Assembly: GCF_007990775.1 (NCBI RefSeq)
Contig: NZ_BJXB01000015.1
Location: 89,053 to 153,052, forward strand
Length of the DNA stretch: 64,000 bases
Origin: Deinococcus cellulosilyticus NBRC 106333 = KACC 11606
GTDB lineage: Bacteria > Deinococcota > Deinococci > Deinococcales > Deinococcaceae
Reading direction: 5' to 3'
Positions 8,792-18,051 of the stretch are shown here, in pieces. The position numbers and the translations under genes are program-made. Numbering within the stretch: the first letter of the stretch is position 1; each line of letters begins with the position of its first letter. Below the pieces are notes generated by a model, which ran no database searches, was not told the DNA's origin, and saw nothing but the letters and a program-made list of their open reading frames with translations.

Positions 8792-10789
8792 CTACGCTTT
8801 TGTCACAGCAATCATGTTGGCGTGAAAGGTGCTCCCCGCGCCCAGATCGGTGAGCCTCTCTGAGGTGAGGGTGTTGATGCTCTTGCCATCTCTGGCACTG
8901 AGGCCCCACCAGCTTCCTTCCAGCACCACAACACCAGGGGTGACCCCTTCATGCAGGCGCACCTGCCGGACCACTTCCCCTTGCGGACTGCTGAGTTTTG
9001 CATCCTGTCCGTGCTCCAGGCCCAGATGGGCTGCGTCTTCGGGGTGCATCAGGGCGAGGGGTTCCCCACCTTCTGCCTGGGTCAGGTTGCTCAGGTTTCC
9101 GTAAGTGCTGTTCAGAAAATGGTGGGCAGGAGGGGTGATCAGTCGGAAAGGAAACTCGGGGGTGGGCTGCAGGCTGTCTGGTGTGTAATGGGGAGCAGGG
9201 ATGAGCTGGATTTTGCCTGTCTGGGTCAGTGCCCCGTGCAGGTAAGGCAGGTGGCCTTCTGGCACGTTCAGGCGCACAGAGCCTTCCTGCTTGACCTTTT
9301 CAGGGGTGATGCCCTGCATGAAGGGATGGTCGGTGTCCAGCAGGTGCTCCAGCAGCTGGTCCATGTTCCAGTAGAGGGTCTCCTCGGTGAGGCCCAGGCG
9401 TTTTCCCAGCTCCTGAAAGACCCAGGAGTTGGGTTTTGCCTCTCCAGGAGCGTTCAGCATTTTCGGATTGTAACCCAGATGGGTGTGGCCGTAACTGGTG
9501 TACAGGTCCTCATGCTCCATGAAGGTGGTGGCAGGCAGAAGGTAATCTGCGAGTTTCGCGGTTTCGGTCATGGCCTGTTCCAGCACCACCACCAGCAGGT
9601 CTTCACGTTTGAAGCCCTGAATCACCCGGTCTGTATCCGGGGCGACCACCACCGGATTGGTGTTGTACACGAACAGGGCATGGATGCCTTTTTCGGGTTC
9701 CAGTGCACTGGCAAGCTGGGTCATGTTGACGCGAGGCGTCTCTGCTTTGATCAGGTGTCCGGCCCCGAGCTTCCGGCGGTTCAGGTGAAAATAACCGCTG
9801 GTGGAGAGGGTGACGCCTCCTCCCCGGTGCTTCCACTGGCCCATCACGGCGGGCAGCAAGAGCACAGAGCGCAGGTTGTTGCCGCCATACTCATGGCGGG
9901 TCATGCCGTAGCCCACCCGGATGTAACTCGGGGTGGTGGTGGCGTACTCCCGGGCAAGCTGCTCGATTTTTTCCACAGCAATACCAGTGATCTCTGAGAC
10001 TTTCTCCGGGGTGTAAGGACGGGCCGCCTCCCGGAGTTCTTCAGAACCCACGCAGGCCTCTTCCAGGTAGGCCCGGTCCTCCAGGCCCCACCTGAAGATC
10101 AGGTGCATGAAACCGAGTGCCAGTGCAGCATCTGTGCCAGGGTTGATTTTGATGTGCTCATCGGCAAAGAGGCTGGTTTTGTTCTGGTAGGGGTCGATGT
10201 GGTAGATCTTCGCCCCGTTCTTGCGGGCTTTTTTCAGCCAGGGGGTGAGGTGGCTGTTGGTGGTCAGGCTGTTGATGCCCCACAGGAAGATCAGCCTTGC
10301 GTGTGGCACATCTTCGGGAATCACCCCATACCTGGGTCCATAAGTCATCATCCAGGCTTCGGTGCCCGCAGTGGCACAGATGGTTTCCTCGAGTTCATTG
10401 GCCCCCAGGGCCCGGAAGAAGGAATGCACATGGGTTCCCTCACGCAGGCCCATCGTTCCAGCGTAGTTGTAGCGCAGGAGGGCATGAGGGCCGTGTTTCT
10501 GCAGGACTTCTTTCAGGCGTTCTGCGATCTCATCGAGGGCCTGGTCCCAGGAAATGCGCACAAAGCCTTCCCCGACCCGTTTCATGGGGTACAGAGGCCG
10601 GTCTGGATGGTATTGCCTTGCTGGATAGTGCACCGTCTTGGCACACGCAAACCCCTGGGTGATGGGGTGACCTGCATCCCCGGTCACTTTGATGGCCCGC
10701 TCTCCGAGAACCGGATCAGGAGCAAGGGTGATCTTCAGGCGGCAGGCGTCGGGGCAATCCAGAGGGCAGGTCAGGAACACATCACGCAT
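8792..10789 (-). CDS. Molybdopterin-dependent oxidoreductase (MopB superfamily; NarB/Nas- or formate-dehydrogenase-like catalytic subunit), cytoplasmic
   Basis: N-terminal 4Fe-4S motif CPLDCPDAC...C, MopB domain signatures throughout, and a C-terminal molybdopterin dinucleotide-binding region. No Tat signal. Substrate not assignable. Confidence 0.75.
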   Translation of the reverse strand: MRDVFLTCPLDCPDACRLKITLAPDPVLGERAIKVTGDAGHPITQGFACAKTVHYPARQYHPDRPLYPMKRVGEGFVRISWDQALDEIAERLKEVLQKHGPHALLRYNYAGTMGLREGTHVHSFFRALGANELEETICATAGTEAWMMTYGPRYGVIPEDVPHARLIFLWGINSLTTNSHLTPWLKKARKNGAKIYHIDPYQNKTSLFADEHIKINPGTDAALALGFMHLIFRWGLEDRAYLEEACVGSEELREAARPYTPEKVSEITGIAVEKIEQLAREYATTTPSYIRVGYGMTRHEYGGNNLRSVLLLPAVMGQWKHRGGGVTLSTSGYFHLNRRKLGAGHLIKAETPRVNMTQLASALEPEKGIHALFVYNTNPVVVAPDTDRVIQGFKREDLLVVVLEQAMTETAKLADYLLPATTFMEHEDLYTSYGHTHLGYNPKMLNAPGEAKPNSWVFQELGKRLGLTEETLYWNMDQLLEHLLDTDHPFMQGITPEKVKQEGSVRLNVPEGHLPYLHGALTQTGKIQLIPAPHYTPDSLQPTPEFPFRLITPPAHHFLNSTYGNLSNLTQAEGGEPLALMHPEDAAHLGLEHGQDAKLSSPQGEVVRQVRLHEGVTPGVVVLEGSWWGLSARDGKSINTLTSERLTDLGAGSTFHANMIAVTKA

Positions 10790-10821
10790 TTGAGACTCCT
10801 TATATCACGTCTCTGTGCCCA

Positions 10822-12021
10822 TCAAAGGGCAACACTTTCCATTCTTCGTTTCAAGGGTCCGGCCAGCACCACATGCATGAGGGCAATGACCAGGCCGATC
10901 AGGCCACAGGAGAGCCACAGGGTCACGCTGCCGTAACTGTCCAGCAGCCACCCTCCAAAGAGGGGAGCCACCATTGCTGCCAGACCCCAAGCTGCACCAT
11001 TGATGCCTGCATAGGTTCCACGCAGGTGCGCAGGAGCGAGGTCTGCGGTCACGCTGGAAGCCACGGTGTTCATGCCCAGCTCTCCCAGGGTCCAGACCAC
11101 CACCGCGATCATGAATCCGGTCAGGTCGTGGGCCACAATGTGCATCATCATTCCAACCCCCATCAGGAGGGCAGAAACCGCCATGACGGTGGGCCTTGGG
11201 AATCTTGGCAGGACCATCTGGGCAGGAATCCCAAGCAAAACAATGATCAAACCATTGATGGCAATGGTGCGGCCAAAATCTGCAGCAGAATAATTCAGCT
11301 TCTGCATCGCCAGAGACAGCACCCCGAAACCCTGCATCATCAGGACGCCAAACAGGAAGCCCGCAAAAGTGTAGGCATAAAGCAGGCTGTCCCTGGGCAT
11401 TCGCATTTTCTGGGAGACCGCTTTCTGCTGCTTTGTGAGGGTCTCCCGGAAAAAGAACAGCATCAGAAGACCGCAGGCCGTGGAGGTGATGGCGTCCCCA
11501 TAAAAAAGGTAGCGGTAATTCTGGTCGGCCAGCAGACCCGCCAGAATCGGTGCAATGGCGGCCCCGAGGTTGATGGCCCAGTAATTCATCCCGTAAGCCC
11601 GGATGCGGCCTTCAGGGGGCACCAGATCGGCCACCGCAGCCTTCATGCCCGGACGGGAGGTGTTCATGATGAAGCCCAGCAGCACAATCACCCCCATCAG
11701 CAGGTAGAAATGCCGCACCTCACTGAGGGCCACCATGAAAACAGCTGTTCCAAACATCGAAAAAAGCATGACGTTCTTGCGCCCCAGCCGGTCCGTGATG
11801 AACCCGGCCAGAAACTGCGCCACAAAAGACCCCACCCCAAAAAGGCTCAGTGCAAGAGCTGCATGCCCGGTGCTCCACAAAAGCTGTGTGGTCAGGTAAT
11901 AACTCAAAAAGGGAATGACAAAATCCCCCACCCGATTGATCAGGGTGCCCCACCACAAAATCCAGAACTGCTGGGGCAATGCAGGCAAGATGCGTTGAAT
12001 CAGGGGGCTGCGCGCGTCCAT
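10822..12021 (-). CDS. MFS transporter
   Basis: Twelve predicted TM segments and MFS motif A (GFITDRLGRKNVMLF). Confidence 0.8.
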   Translation of the reverse strand: MDARSPLIQRILPALPQQFWILWWGTLINRVGDFVIPFLSYYLTTQLLWSTGHAALALSLFGVGSFVAQFLAGFITDRLGRKNVMLFSMFGTAVFMVALSEVRHFYLLMGVIVLLGFIMNTSRPGMKAAVADLVPPEGRIRAYGMNYWAINLGAAIAPILAGLLADQNYRYLFYGDAITSTACGLLMLFFFRETLTKQQKAVSQKMRMPRDSLLYAYTFAGFLFGVLMMQGFGVLSLAMQKLNYSAADFGRTIAINGLIIVLLGIPAQMVLPRFPRPTVMAVSALLMGVGMMMHIVAHDLTGFMIAVVVWTLGELGMNTVASSVTADLAPAHLRGTYAGINGAAWGLAAMVAPLFGGWLLDSYGSVTLWLSCGLIGLVIALMHVVLAGPLKRRMESVAL

Positions 12022-12077
12022 AGGTTACCCTACCTTTTCGGGTTTGTGTGCGGTATACGCCAGGGTGCTTAAGGATG

Positions 12078-12538
12078 CCGAGGGCAGAAGGCAGAAGGCA
12101 GTGCGACTCGGCGCTCAGCGCGAAACGGGCCGCCCCGTGAGCGTCGTCAGAGCAAGAAGGCCGCCCACAAGCGACTGGGTGCTCCCCAACCGCCGGGGAG
12201 CACGTCGTCAGAGTCAAGAAGCATGCAGTCAGGCCAGGAAGAAGGCAGAAGGCATTTGCAGGGACGTAGCGTGCTACGCCCCGTTGCCAGAGATCTCCAG
12301 TGACACCTGTAAGGGCAGGATTTGTGTGCGTTTGTTGCCATCCACAAACGCACAGCCCTGACCACGGCTCTGGTTTTTCTGCAAATGCATGGGATCAAAA
12401 TTCAGACCAGCCAGGCTCTGGAGCAGTTGAGCCGCTGGAATGCATCTGATTGAGCAGATGGCTGAACTGCTGGCAGTCTGTTGGGTGTAGCACGTTGCGC
12501 CATTACAGGGATGGTCACGAATGCCCTCGGCCCTCGGC
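12078..12538. repeat. Non-coding region holding several copies of the GCCGAGG / GCAGAAG heptamer tandem-repeat family, in inverted orientation at its two ends
   Basis: GCCGAGGGCAGAAGGCAGAAGGCAG at 12078-12102, GGAAGAAGGCAGAAGGC at 12237-12253, GCCCTCGGCCCTCGGC at 12523-12538. Internal hairpin GTGCTCCCC-aaccgcc-GGGGAGCAC. Confidence 0.6.
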
Positions 12539-12540
12539 TT

Positions 12541-12969
12541 TTACGCTGACAGCTGTTTTTTCAGGCGGGTCAGAATGGCTCCCATTCCACGCAGACGCAT
12601 GGGAGTGATCAATTCAGAGAGGCCCATGTTGAAATAAAAATCATCTGGAACGTTGAGGATTTCCTCGGGGGTGGCCCCTTGCAGACCTTCGAGCAGAATG
12701 CCTGCGAAACCACGCACGGTGGGGGCCTCCTGAGGGGCATCAAAGTACAGGTGGACCTTTCCGTCCTCCACTTCGGAGAACAGGAAGAAAGGGCTCTGGC
12801 ATTCGTGCACCTGCTCCATCTGGTCGTGGTCGGCCTGCAGGCGCTCGGGGAGGGGAGGAACACGTTTGGAGAAGTCCAGCAGGGCCTGCAGCCTGAAGGC
12901 TTTGGGGCTCTTCTGGAACATGTTCACAACAGCTTCCAGTTTGGGGGGTAAGGCAGTCATGCTTACCAA
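12541..12969 (-). CDS. sufE: Cysteine desulfuration protein SufE
   Basis: The SufE fold signature ...ECQSPFFLF...GFAGILLEGL with the conserved Cys supports the call. The true start may be the ATG 9 nt inside (MTALPPK). Confidence 0.75.
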   Translation of the reverse strand: MVSMTALPPKLEAVVNMFQKSPKAFRLQALLDFSKRVPPLPERLQADHDQMEQVHECQSPFFLFSEVEDGKVHLYFDAPQEAPTVRGFAGILLEGLQGATPEEILNVPDDFYFNMGLSELITPMRLRGMGAILTRLKKQLSA

Positions 12970-13077
12970 TCTACCTCAAGTTCTAGACGGGCTTTTGTGA
13001 TGTGTCTAGTAGTTTACTGGACTTATCAATTATAGTGGTAGGGAATATTTGCACCCAAGACGCCAAGGAGGTATCAC

Positions 13078-13941
13078 ATGAGTTACGCAAACCCTGAAGT
13101 GCTGGTCTCCACCCAGTGGGTCGTGGACAACCTGGACAACGCAGACATCCGAATCATCGAAGTGGACGAGGACATCCTGCTCTACGAAGTGGGCCACGCC
13201 CCCGGAGCCCTGAAGATCGACTGGCAGAACGACTTCTGGGACCCCGTCGAGCGCGAATTCATCCAGCCCGAACAGTTCGCCGAACTGCTGGGTCGCCTGG
13301 GGGTCACCCCCGAAACCACCGTCATCCTGTACGGTGACAAGAGCAACTGGTGGGCCGCCTACGCCTTCTGGTTCTTCCAGTACAACGGCCACAAAAACGT
13401 CAAACTGATCAACGGTGGCCGCCAGAAGTGGATCGAAGAAGGCCGTCCCCTCACCACCGACGTGCCCGAAGTGACCCCCACCACCTACCCTGTCGGTCAG
13501 CGTGACGAGTCCATCCGCGCCTACCGCGAGCAGGTCCGTGCCCACATCGAGAAAGTCAAAGCCGGTCAGGGTGCCCTCGTGGACGTGCGCAGCCCCGACG
13601 AGTTCTCCGGAAAAGTCACCCACATGCCCACCTACCCCCAGGAAGGCGTGCTGCGTGGCGGTCACATCCCCGGCGCACAGAGCATCCCCTGGGCCAGAAC
13701 CGTCAACGAAGACGGAACTTTCAAGAGCGCAGACGAGCTGAAAGCCCTCTACGAGCCCGTCGGCGTGACCCCCGACAAGGAAGTCATCGCCTACTGCCGC
13801 ATCGCAGAGCGCTCCAGTCACAGCTGGTTTGTGCTGACCCAGCTTCTGGGCTATCCCAAAGTCTCCAACTACGACGGAAGCTGGACCGAGTGGGGCAATG
13901 CAGTGGGCATGCCCATCGAGAAGACCTACAAGCCTGAGTGA
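13078..13941 (+). CDS. sseA: Thiosulfate/3-mercaptopyruvate sulfurtransferase (tandem rhodanese domains)
   Basis: Two rhodanese domains with active-site CRIAERSS. Ribosome-binding site AAGGAGG upstream. Confidence 0.85.
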   Translation: MSYANPEVLVSTQWVVDNLDNADIRIIEVDEDILLYEVGHAPGALKIDWQNDFWDPVEREFIQPEQFAELLGRLGVTPETTVILYGDKSNWWAAYAFWFFQYNGHKNVKLINGGRQKWIEEGRPLTTDVPEVTPTTYPVGQRDESIRAYREQVRAHIEKVKAGQGALVDVRSPDEFSGKVTHMPTYPQEGVLRGGHIPGAQSIPWARTVNEDGTFKSADELKALYEPVGVTPDKEVIAYCRIAERSSHSWFVLTQLLGYPKVSNYDGSWTEWGNAVGMPIEKTYKPE

Positions 13942-13975
13942 TTGCCGAGGGCCGAGAGCCCAGAGCCGAGGGTAA

Positions 13976-14018
13976 AAAGAGAACGTCCAGAATCAATCTG
14001 GACGTTCTCTTTTTATTT
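13976..14018 (+). terminator. Rho-independent terminator after sseA
   Basis: AAAGAGAACGTCCAGA-atcaa-TCTGGACGTTCTCTTT followed by TTATTTG. Preceded by the heptamer repeats GCCGAGGGCCGAGAGCCCAGAGCCGAGGG at 13944-13972. Confidence 0.75.
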
Positions 14019-14109
14019 GTATTGGGGTGTGAAATGAGAGATGATTCAAATGCATTTTGGTTTTGAGTTGATTCGAGCATTTCCTGGATTTGCTGTTTCT
14101 GCTCTCGGC

Positions 14110-14433
14110 TCAAATCAAAACCGCAGTCCCGCTTGCCGTCACCATCAGCATGCTGCCGTTGGCCCCGACGGTTTCGTAATCCAGATCCACGCCGATGATG
14201 GCGTTGGCCCCGAGACGACGGGCGTTTTCTTCCATTTCACGCAGGGCGATGGTGCGGGCTTCGGCGAGTTTTTCTTCGTATGCGCCGCTGCGACCCCCGA
14301 TCACGTCGGTGATGTTGGCGAAGAAGTCGCGCACAATGTTTGCGCCCAGGATGGCCTCGCCGTTCACGATGCCACGGTATTCTCTGATCTGGTGTCCTTC
14401 AAGGGTGGATGTGGTGGTGATGATCATTTTCAT
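14110..14433 (-). CDS. YbjQ/UPF0145 family protein
   Basis: 107 aa; ...[13 protein letters not shown]...[11 protein letters not shown] is typical of the YbjQ family. Confidence 0.8.
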   Translation of the reverse strand: MKMIITTTSTLEGHQIREYRGIVNGEAILGANIVRDFFANITDVIGGRSGAYEEKLAEARTIALREMEENARRLGANAIIGVDLDYETVGANGSMLMVTASGTAVLI

Positions 14434-14548
14434 GTACCTCGAAATCAGTGTACGGATTCAGGCTCAGAAAAGTTCCTGGGGTGATCCCGGAGGCTGGCAA
14501 CAGGAAAGCCACCCCTGAGGGTGGCCCTGGTTTTGAAAGCTTCTGGTT

Positions 14549-16417
14549 TTACTGTCCTAAAACGGGTTCTCCGCGCTCTGCATGGTTCAGGATGTGCCTG
14601 AGGGCCAGCGGGATCACCGCATCCCAGCCCTGCGGGTGGCATGCGGCAGGGAAAGGTACAGGTGGAGCATTGCGCCTTTCATATCCAGCAAACAGTTCCG
14701 AGAGCCTGCGGTCCTGGGCGTGAATGGCGGCATCAAACAGGGCGCGGGTGACCTGAAAGGCCTCCTCTTTGAGGCCATAATTCCACATGCCCAGTGCTGC
14801 GAGTGCAGAATCATGCGGCCAGACGCTGCCATTGTGGTAGGAAACGGGATTGTAGCGCACGGAACCCTCAGCCAGGGTGCGGATGCCCCACCCGCTCCAC
14901 AGCCCGGAGTTGAACACCGTGCGGGCCACCTCAATGGCGTAGGGCTCGGGGATGATGCCGGTCCAGAGGGTGTGGGCGGCATTGCTGACCATCACCTTCA
15001 TGGGTTTCTTGTTTCCATCGAGGCCATGCACGTAGTAGTTGGCTTCCGGCCAGTAGAAGTGCGCCTGAAATTTCTGTTGCAGCCTGCTGGCAAGGGTGCG
15101 GTACACCTGGGCCTGTGCAGGGTTCCCCAGCGTCCGGTAAATCTGTTCTGCTGCACGGTAGGCGGCGTAGGCGTACCCCTGCACCTCCACAATGGCGATG
15201 GGTTTTGTGGAGTCAGGCTCCTCCCCGTTTTCGAAGAACACGCTGTCTCCAGAGTCCTTCCAGACCTGGTTTTTGATGCCTCCATTGGGGTCGGGAATGT
15301 ATTCCAGAAAGCCGTCCCCATCCGGGTCGGCGTCGGTCTGCATCCAGTGCAGTGCAGCCTCAATGCCGGGAAGCAGTCCAGAAATGAAGTCCAGATCATC
15401 CGTCACTTTCAGGTATTCACCACACAGCCAGACAAAGAGGGGGGTGGCATCCACGGTGCCATAGTAAGGACGGTGGGGGGTGTTTCCCGTCAGGGTGAAT
15501 TCGCCGACACGCTCCTCGTGGAGGATTTTTCCGGGCTGTTCCAGGGTCACAGGATCATGTTTCTGCCCCTGATGGTCTGCCAGGTACTTCAGGATGCCTT
15601 TTGAGATCTGTGGGTAGTCCTGCACGGTCATGTGCCCGATGATCAGCGAGTCACGCCCAAAGGGAGCCACGAACCAGGGGATGCCCGCAGCAGGGAAGAT
15701 CCCGCTTTTTGTTTCAAACAACAGGGAACGGAAGTCCTGAACCCCCCTGAAAAGCACCTCCTGGTCCTTCTCGTTTTTGAGGGTGATGCGGGGTTGCCAG
15801 TGCTGGTCGTACTCTGACCGCAGGGCCTCGAAGTCGATGGGTTGAGGGGTTTCACCATCCAGCAGGGCATAGACTTCAATCTGGATTTCAGCGTTGCCTC
15901 TGGCCTGCCAGTGCAGGGCCTCGCCATCCCAGGACCCTGCAGGGGTGCTTTGAATCAGGGTGTGCCGGGTGATGCCGTCCTGACCAGAGTAACTGAAACG
16001 CACCCCCTGTGCGGTGGCTTTCACTTCCACCTGCCGGTCCCAGTTGCCATATCCCCTGACCTGAAACATGTCTGCAAAATCCGAATTCAGTTTCAGTCGG
16101 ATGGTGTAGGGGGCGTCCTGGTAGGACTGGATCGACAGGATGTCCCTGACCCCGTTGCGGTGAAGCATCAGGGAGCGTTCCACCCCGAGTTTCATCAGGT
16201 ACCCCAGGTCATCGTTGGAGGAGACCTGATGCAGTTCAAAAGGGTAGGAGAGGTGTTGCATCAGGGTGTTGAGGGGTTCCCCATCCAGTTCCCAGCGGTA
16301 TTCGCTGAGGAAACGGGTGTCTCTGCGGTACAGGCCACTCTCGCCAGAGGAGATGCGGAATTCGTCGTCTCCCACCCAGTAGAGTTCGTTTTCTTTGAGC
16401 ACGGCACGGTATTTCAA
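14549..16417 (-). CDS. (alpha/alpha)6-barrel glycoside hydrolase, amylo-alpha-1,6-glucosidase / glycogen-debranching (GDE_C) family
   Basis: 622 aa, with N-terminal beta-sandwich-like region plus a C-terminal GDE_C-like barrel (GIPWFVAPFGRDS..., ...WPHDSALAA...). It is the last gene of the sugar ABC operon. Confidence 0.55.
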   Translation of the reverse strand: MKYRAVLKENELYWVGDDEFRISSGESGLYRRDTRFLSEYRWELDGEPLNTLMQHLSYPFELHQVSSNDDLGYLMKLGVERSLMLHRNGVRDILSIQSYQDAPYTIRLKLNSDFADMFQVRGYGNWDRQVEVKATAQGVRFSYSGQDGITRHTLIQSTPAGSWDGEALHWQARGNAEIQIEVYALLDGETPQPIDFEALRSEYDQHWQPRITLKNEKDQEVLFRGVQDFRSLLFETKSGIFPAAGIPWFVAPFGRDSLIIGHMTVQDYPQISKGILKYLADHQGQKHDPVTLEQPGKILHEERVGEFTLTGNTPHRPYYGTVDATPLFVWLCGEYLKVTDDLDFISGLLPGIEAALHWMQTDADPDGDGFLEYIPDPNGGIKNQVWKDSGDSVFFENGEEPDSTKPIAIVEVQGYAYAAYRAAEQIYRTLGNPAQAQVYRTLASRLQQKFQAHFYWPEANYYVHGLDGNKKPMKVMVSNAAHTLWTGIIPEPYAIEVARTVFNSGLWSGWGIRTLAEGSVRYNPVSYHNGSVWPHDSALAALGMWNYGLKEEAFQVTRALFDAAIHAQDRRLSELFAGYERRNAPPVPFPAACHPQGWDAVIPLALRHILNHAERGEPVLGQ

Positions 16418-16479
16418 GGTCTTGACCTTTCCAGAAGCTGAAAGACTTCTTGTTGATGGAGAAGCAGGAAGAGGAAGGT

Positions 16480-18051
16480 TCAGCCCTTCACGGAACTGCC
16501 CACGGAGTTCTCCACAAAGTAACGCTGGAAGAACAGAAAGAGCAGGATGATGGGAATGGCACTGATCACGGCTCCGGCCAGAATCAGGCCGTAATCGCCC
16601 TGACCTGCGTAGGCCTGACGGAAATTGGCGAGGCCCACCGGAAGGGTCAGGTTGGTGGCCGGATTCTGCACCACCACCGAAGGCCAGAAGAAGTCGTTCC
16701 AGGACCCCTGGAAGGTGGTGATCGCCAGGGTGGCAATGGCAGGCAAAGTCTGGGGCAAAGTCACGTGCCAGAAGCTCTGGAAGGCACTTGCGCCATCAAT
16801 GGCGGCGGCTTCATCCAGTTCTTTGGGGAGGCTCTCAAAGAACTGTTTCATCAGGAAGACCTGGGCACTGCCCACCAGTCCACTGACCACCAGACCCCAG
16901 GGGTTGAAGAAGTTCGGCAGACCGAAGAGTTTCGAGAGGCCCCACAGCCCGTCCCGGAGCAGCAGGAAGTTGCTCAGGAAGGTCACCTGCATGGGCACCA
17001 TCATGGTGAAGAGGACCAGCACAAAGAGCAGGTTCTTGCCAGGGAATTGCAGTCTGGCAAAGGCGTATCCAGCCAGAGAGGCAAACGCAATGCTGGTGAT
17101 GACCTTGACGATGGCGACCAGGAAACTGTTTCCGACCCATCTCAGGAAGATGCTGTTGCCGGTTTCGAGGTCCACAGACTCCCGGAAGGCCCTCAGGTAA
17201 TTGTTGAAGGTGAAGCCCATCACGCCAGGGGTGATGTTGTTGAAGAAGTTCGCCCGTCCGAAACGCTCCACTTTGGTGGGAGGAAGGGTGGAATCGGTGA
17301 GCTGCTGCCCGCGTTCGAGTTCCACATTCAGAGGGGTGCGGTCCAGAATGATGGGGCCATCCAGATAATACTGCCCGTCTTTCTTGATCAGCGAGACCAC
17401 GGTGTCTGCAGGAACGTTGATGCGTTGCTGCTGGGCCTCGGGGGTGTCCAGATGGACTTTCACCACCTGTCCATCCACAACCGCCTGCAGGTCTTCAGAG
17501 AAGGTTCTGGGGGTTTTGGCCCTCACCTTTTCACCCTGCTGCGCTGTCAGGCTGGGGTACACCACGTTCAGGGTGTAGCGGGTGATCGTCCCATCCACCA
17601 GTTTGCCTTCGCGGTCTGGACGCTGGGCATCCTGGGTGTCCACGGCTTTCAGGTCTTTCACCTCAGAGAAGTCTGCAGCGTACACGGGGTCACGCACGGC
17701 ACCAATGCCTGCTCCAGGCTGCAGCCTCAACACCTGCACGGTGGGGGGGGTGACTTCCTGGCCTTTCGGCGTAAAAACACTGACTTCAAATGGAACGGTG
17801 GCTCCAGGGTGCAGTTCCCCAAAGAAGCCTCCACCCCCTCCGGCCACACCCAGACGGTAGGCTGCCCCCATGTTGGTGATGCCCAGTTTGGGCAGGTTCA
17901 GGGTGGGAGGGTATTCCAGGGGGTTGTCCTTGAAGCTGGTCAGGGTGCCCATCAGGAAAGGCCCCAGCACCACCAGAGAGAAGGCGATCAGGATGGTGTA
18001 GATCCACACGGCGCGGGCGACCAGACGGGTCCGGTAATAGGTGGTGTTCAT
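16480..18051 (-). CDS. Carbohydrate ABC transporter permease (MalG-like) with a periplasmic domain of about 280 aa inserted after TM1
   Basis: EAA loop ELDEAAAIDGAS, five C-terminal TM segments, and a long hydrophilic loop between TM1 and TM2. Confidence 0.8.
   Translation of the reverse strand: MNTTYYRTRLVARAVWIYTILIAFSLVVLGPFLMGTLTSFKDNPLEYPPTLNLPKLGITNMGAAYRLGVAGGGGGFFGELHPGATVPFEVSVFTPKGQEVTPPTVQVLRLQPGAGIGAVRDPVYAADFSEVKDLKAVDTQDAQRPDREGKLVDGTITRYTLNVVYPSLTAQQGEKVRAKTPRTFSEDLQAVVDGQVVKVHLDTPEAQQQRINVPADTVVSLIKKDGQYYLDGPIILDRTPLNVELERGQQLTDSTLPPTKVERFGRANFFNNITPGVMGFTFNNYLRAFRESVDLETGNSIFLRWVGNSFLVAIVKVITSIAFASLAGYAFARLQFPGKNLLFVLVLFTMMVPMQVTFLSNFLLLRDGLWGLSKLFGLPNFFNPWGLVVSGLVGSAQVFLMKQFFESLPKELDEAAAIDGASAFQSFWHVTLPQTLPAIATLAITTFQGSWNDFFWPSVVVQNPATNLTLPVGLANFRQAYAGQGDYGLILAGAVISAIPIILLFLFFQRYFVENSVGSSVKG

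Noticed and set aside
10873-12072. 399-aa ORF on the plus strand
   Set aside because: It is antisense to the MFS transporter gene and has His/Gln/Arg-rich low complexity.
12044-12361. 105-aa ORF inside the repeat island
   Set aside because: It is encoded largely by heptamer repeats and hairpins, has Arg/Ala-rich low complexity, and has no ribosome-binding site.
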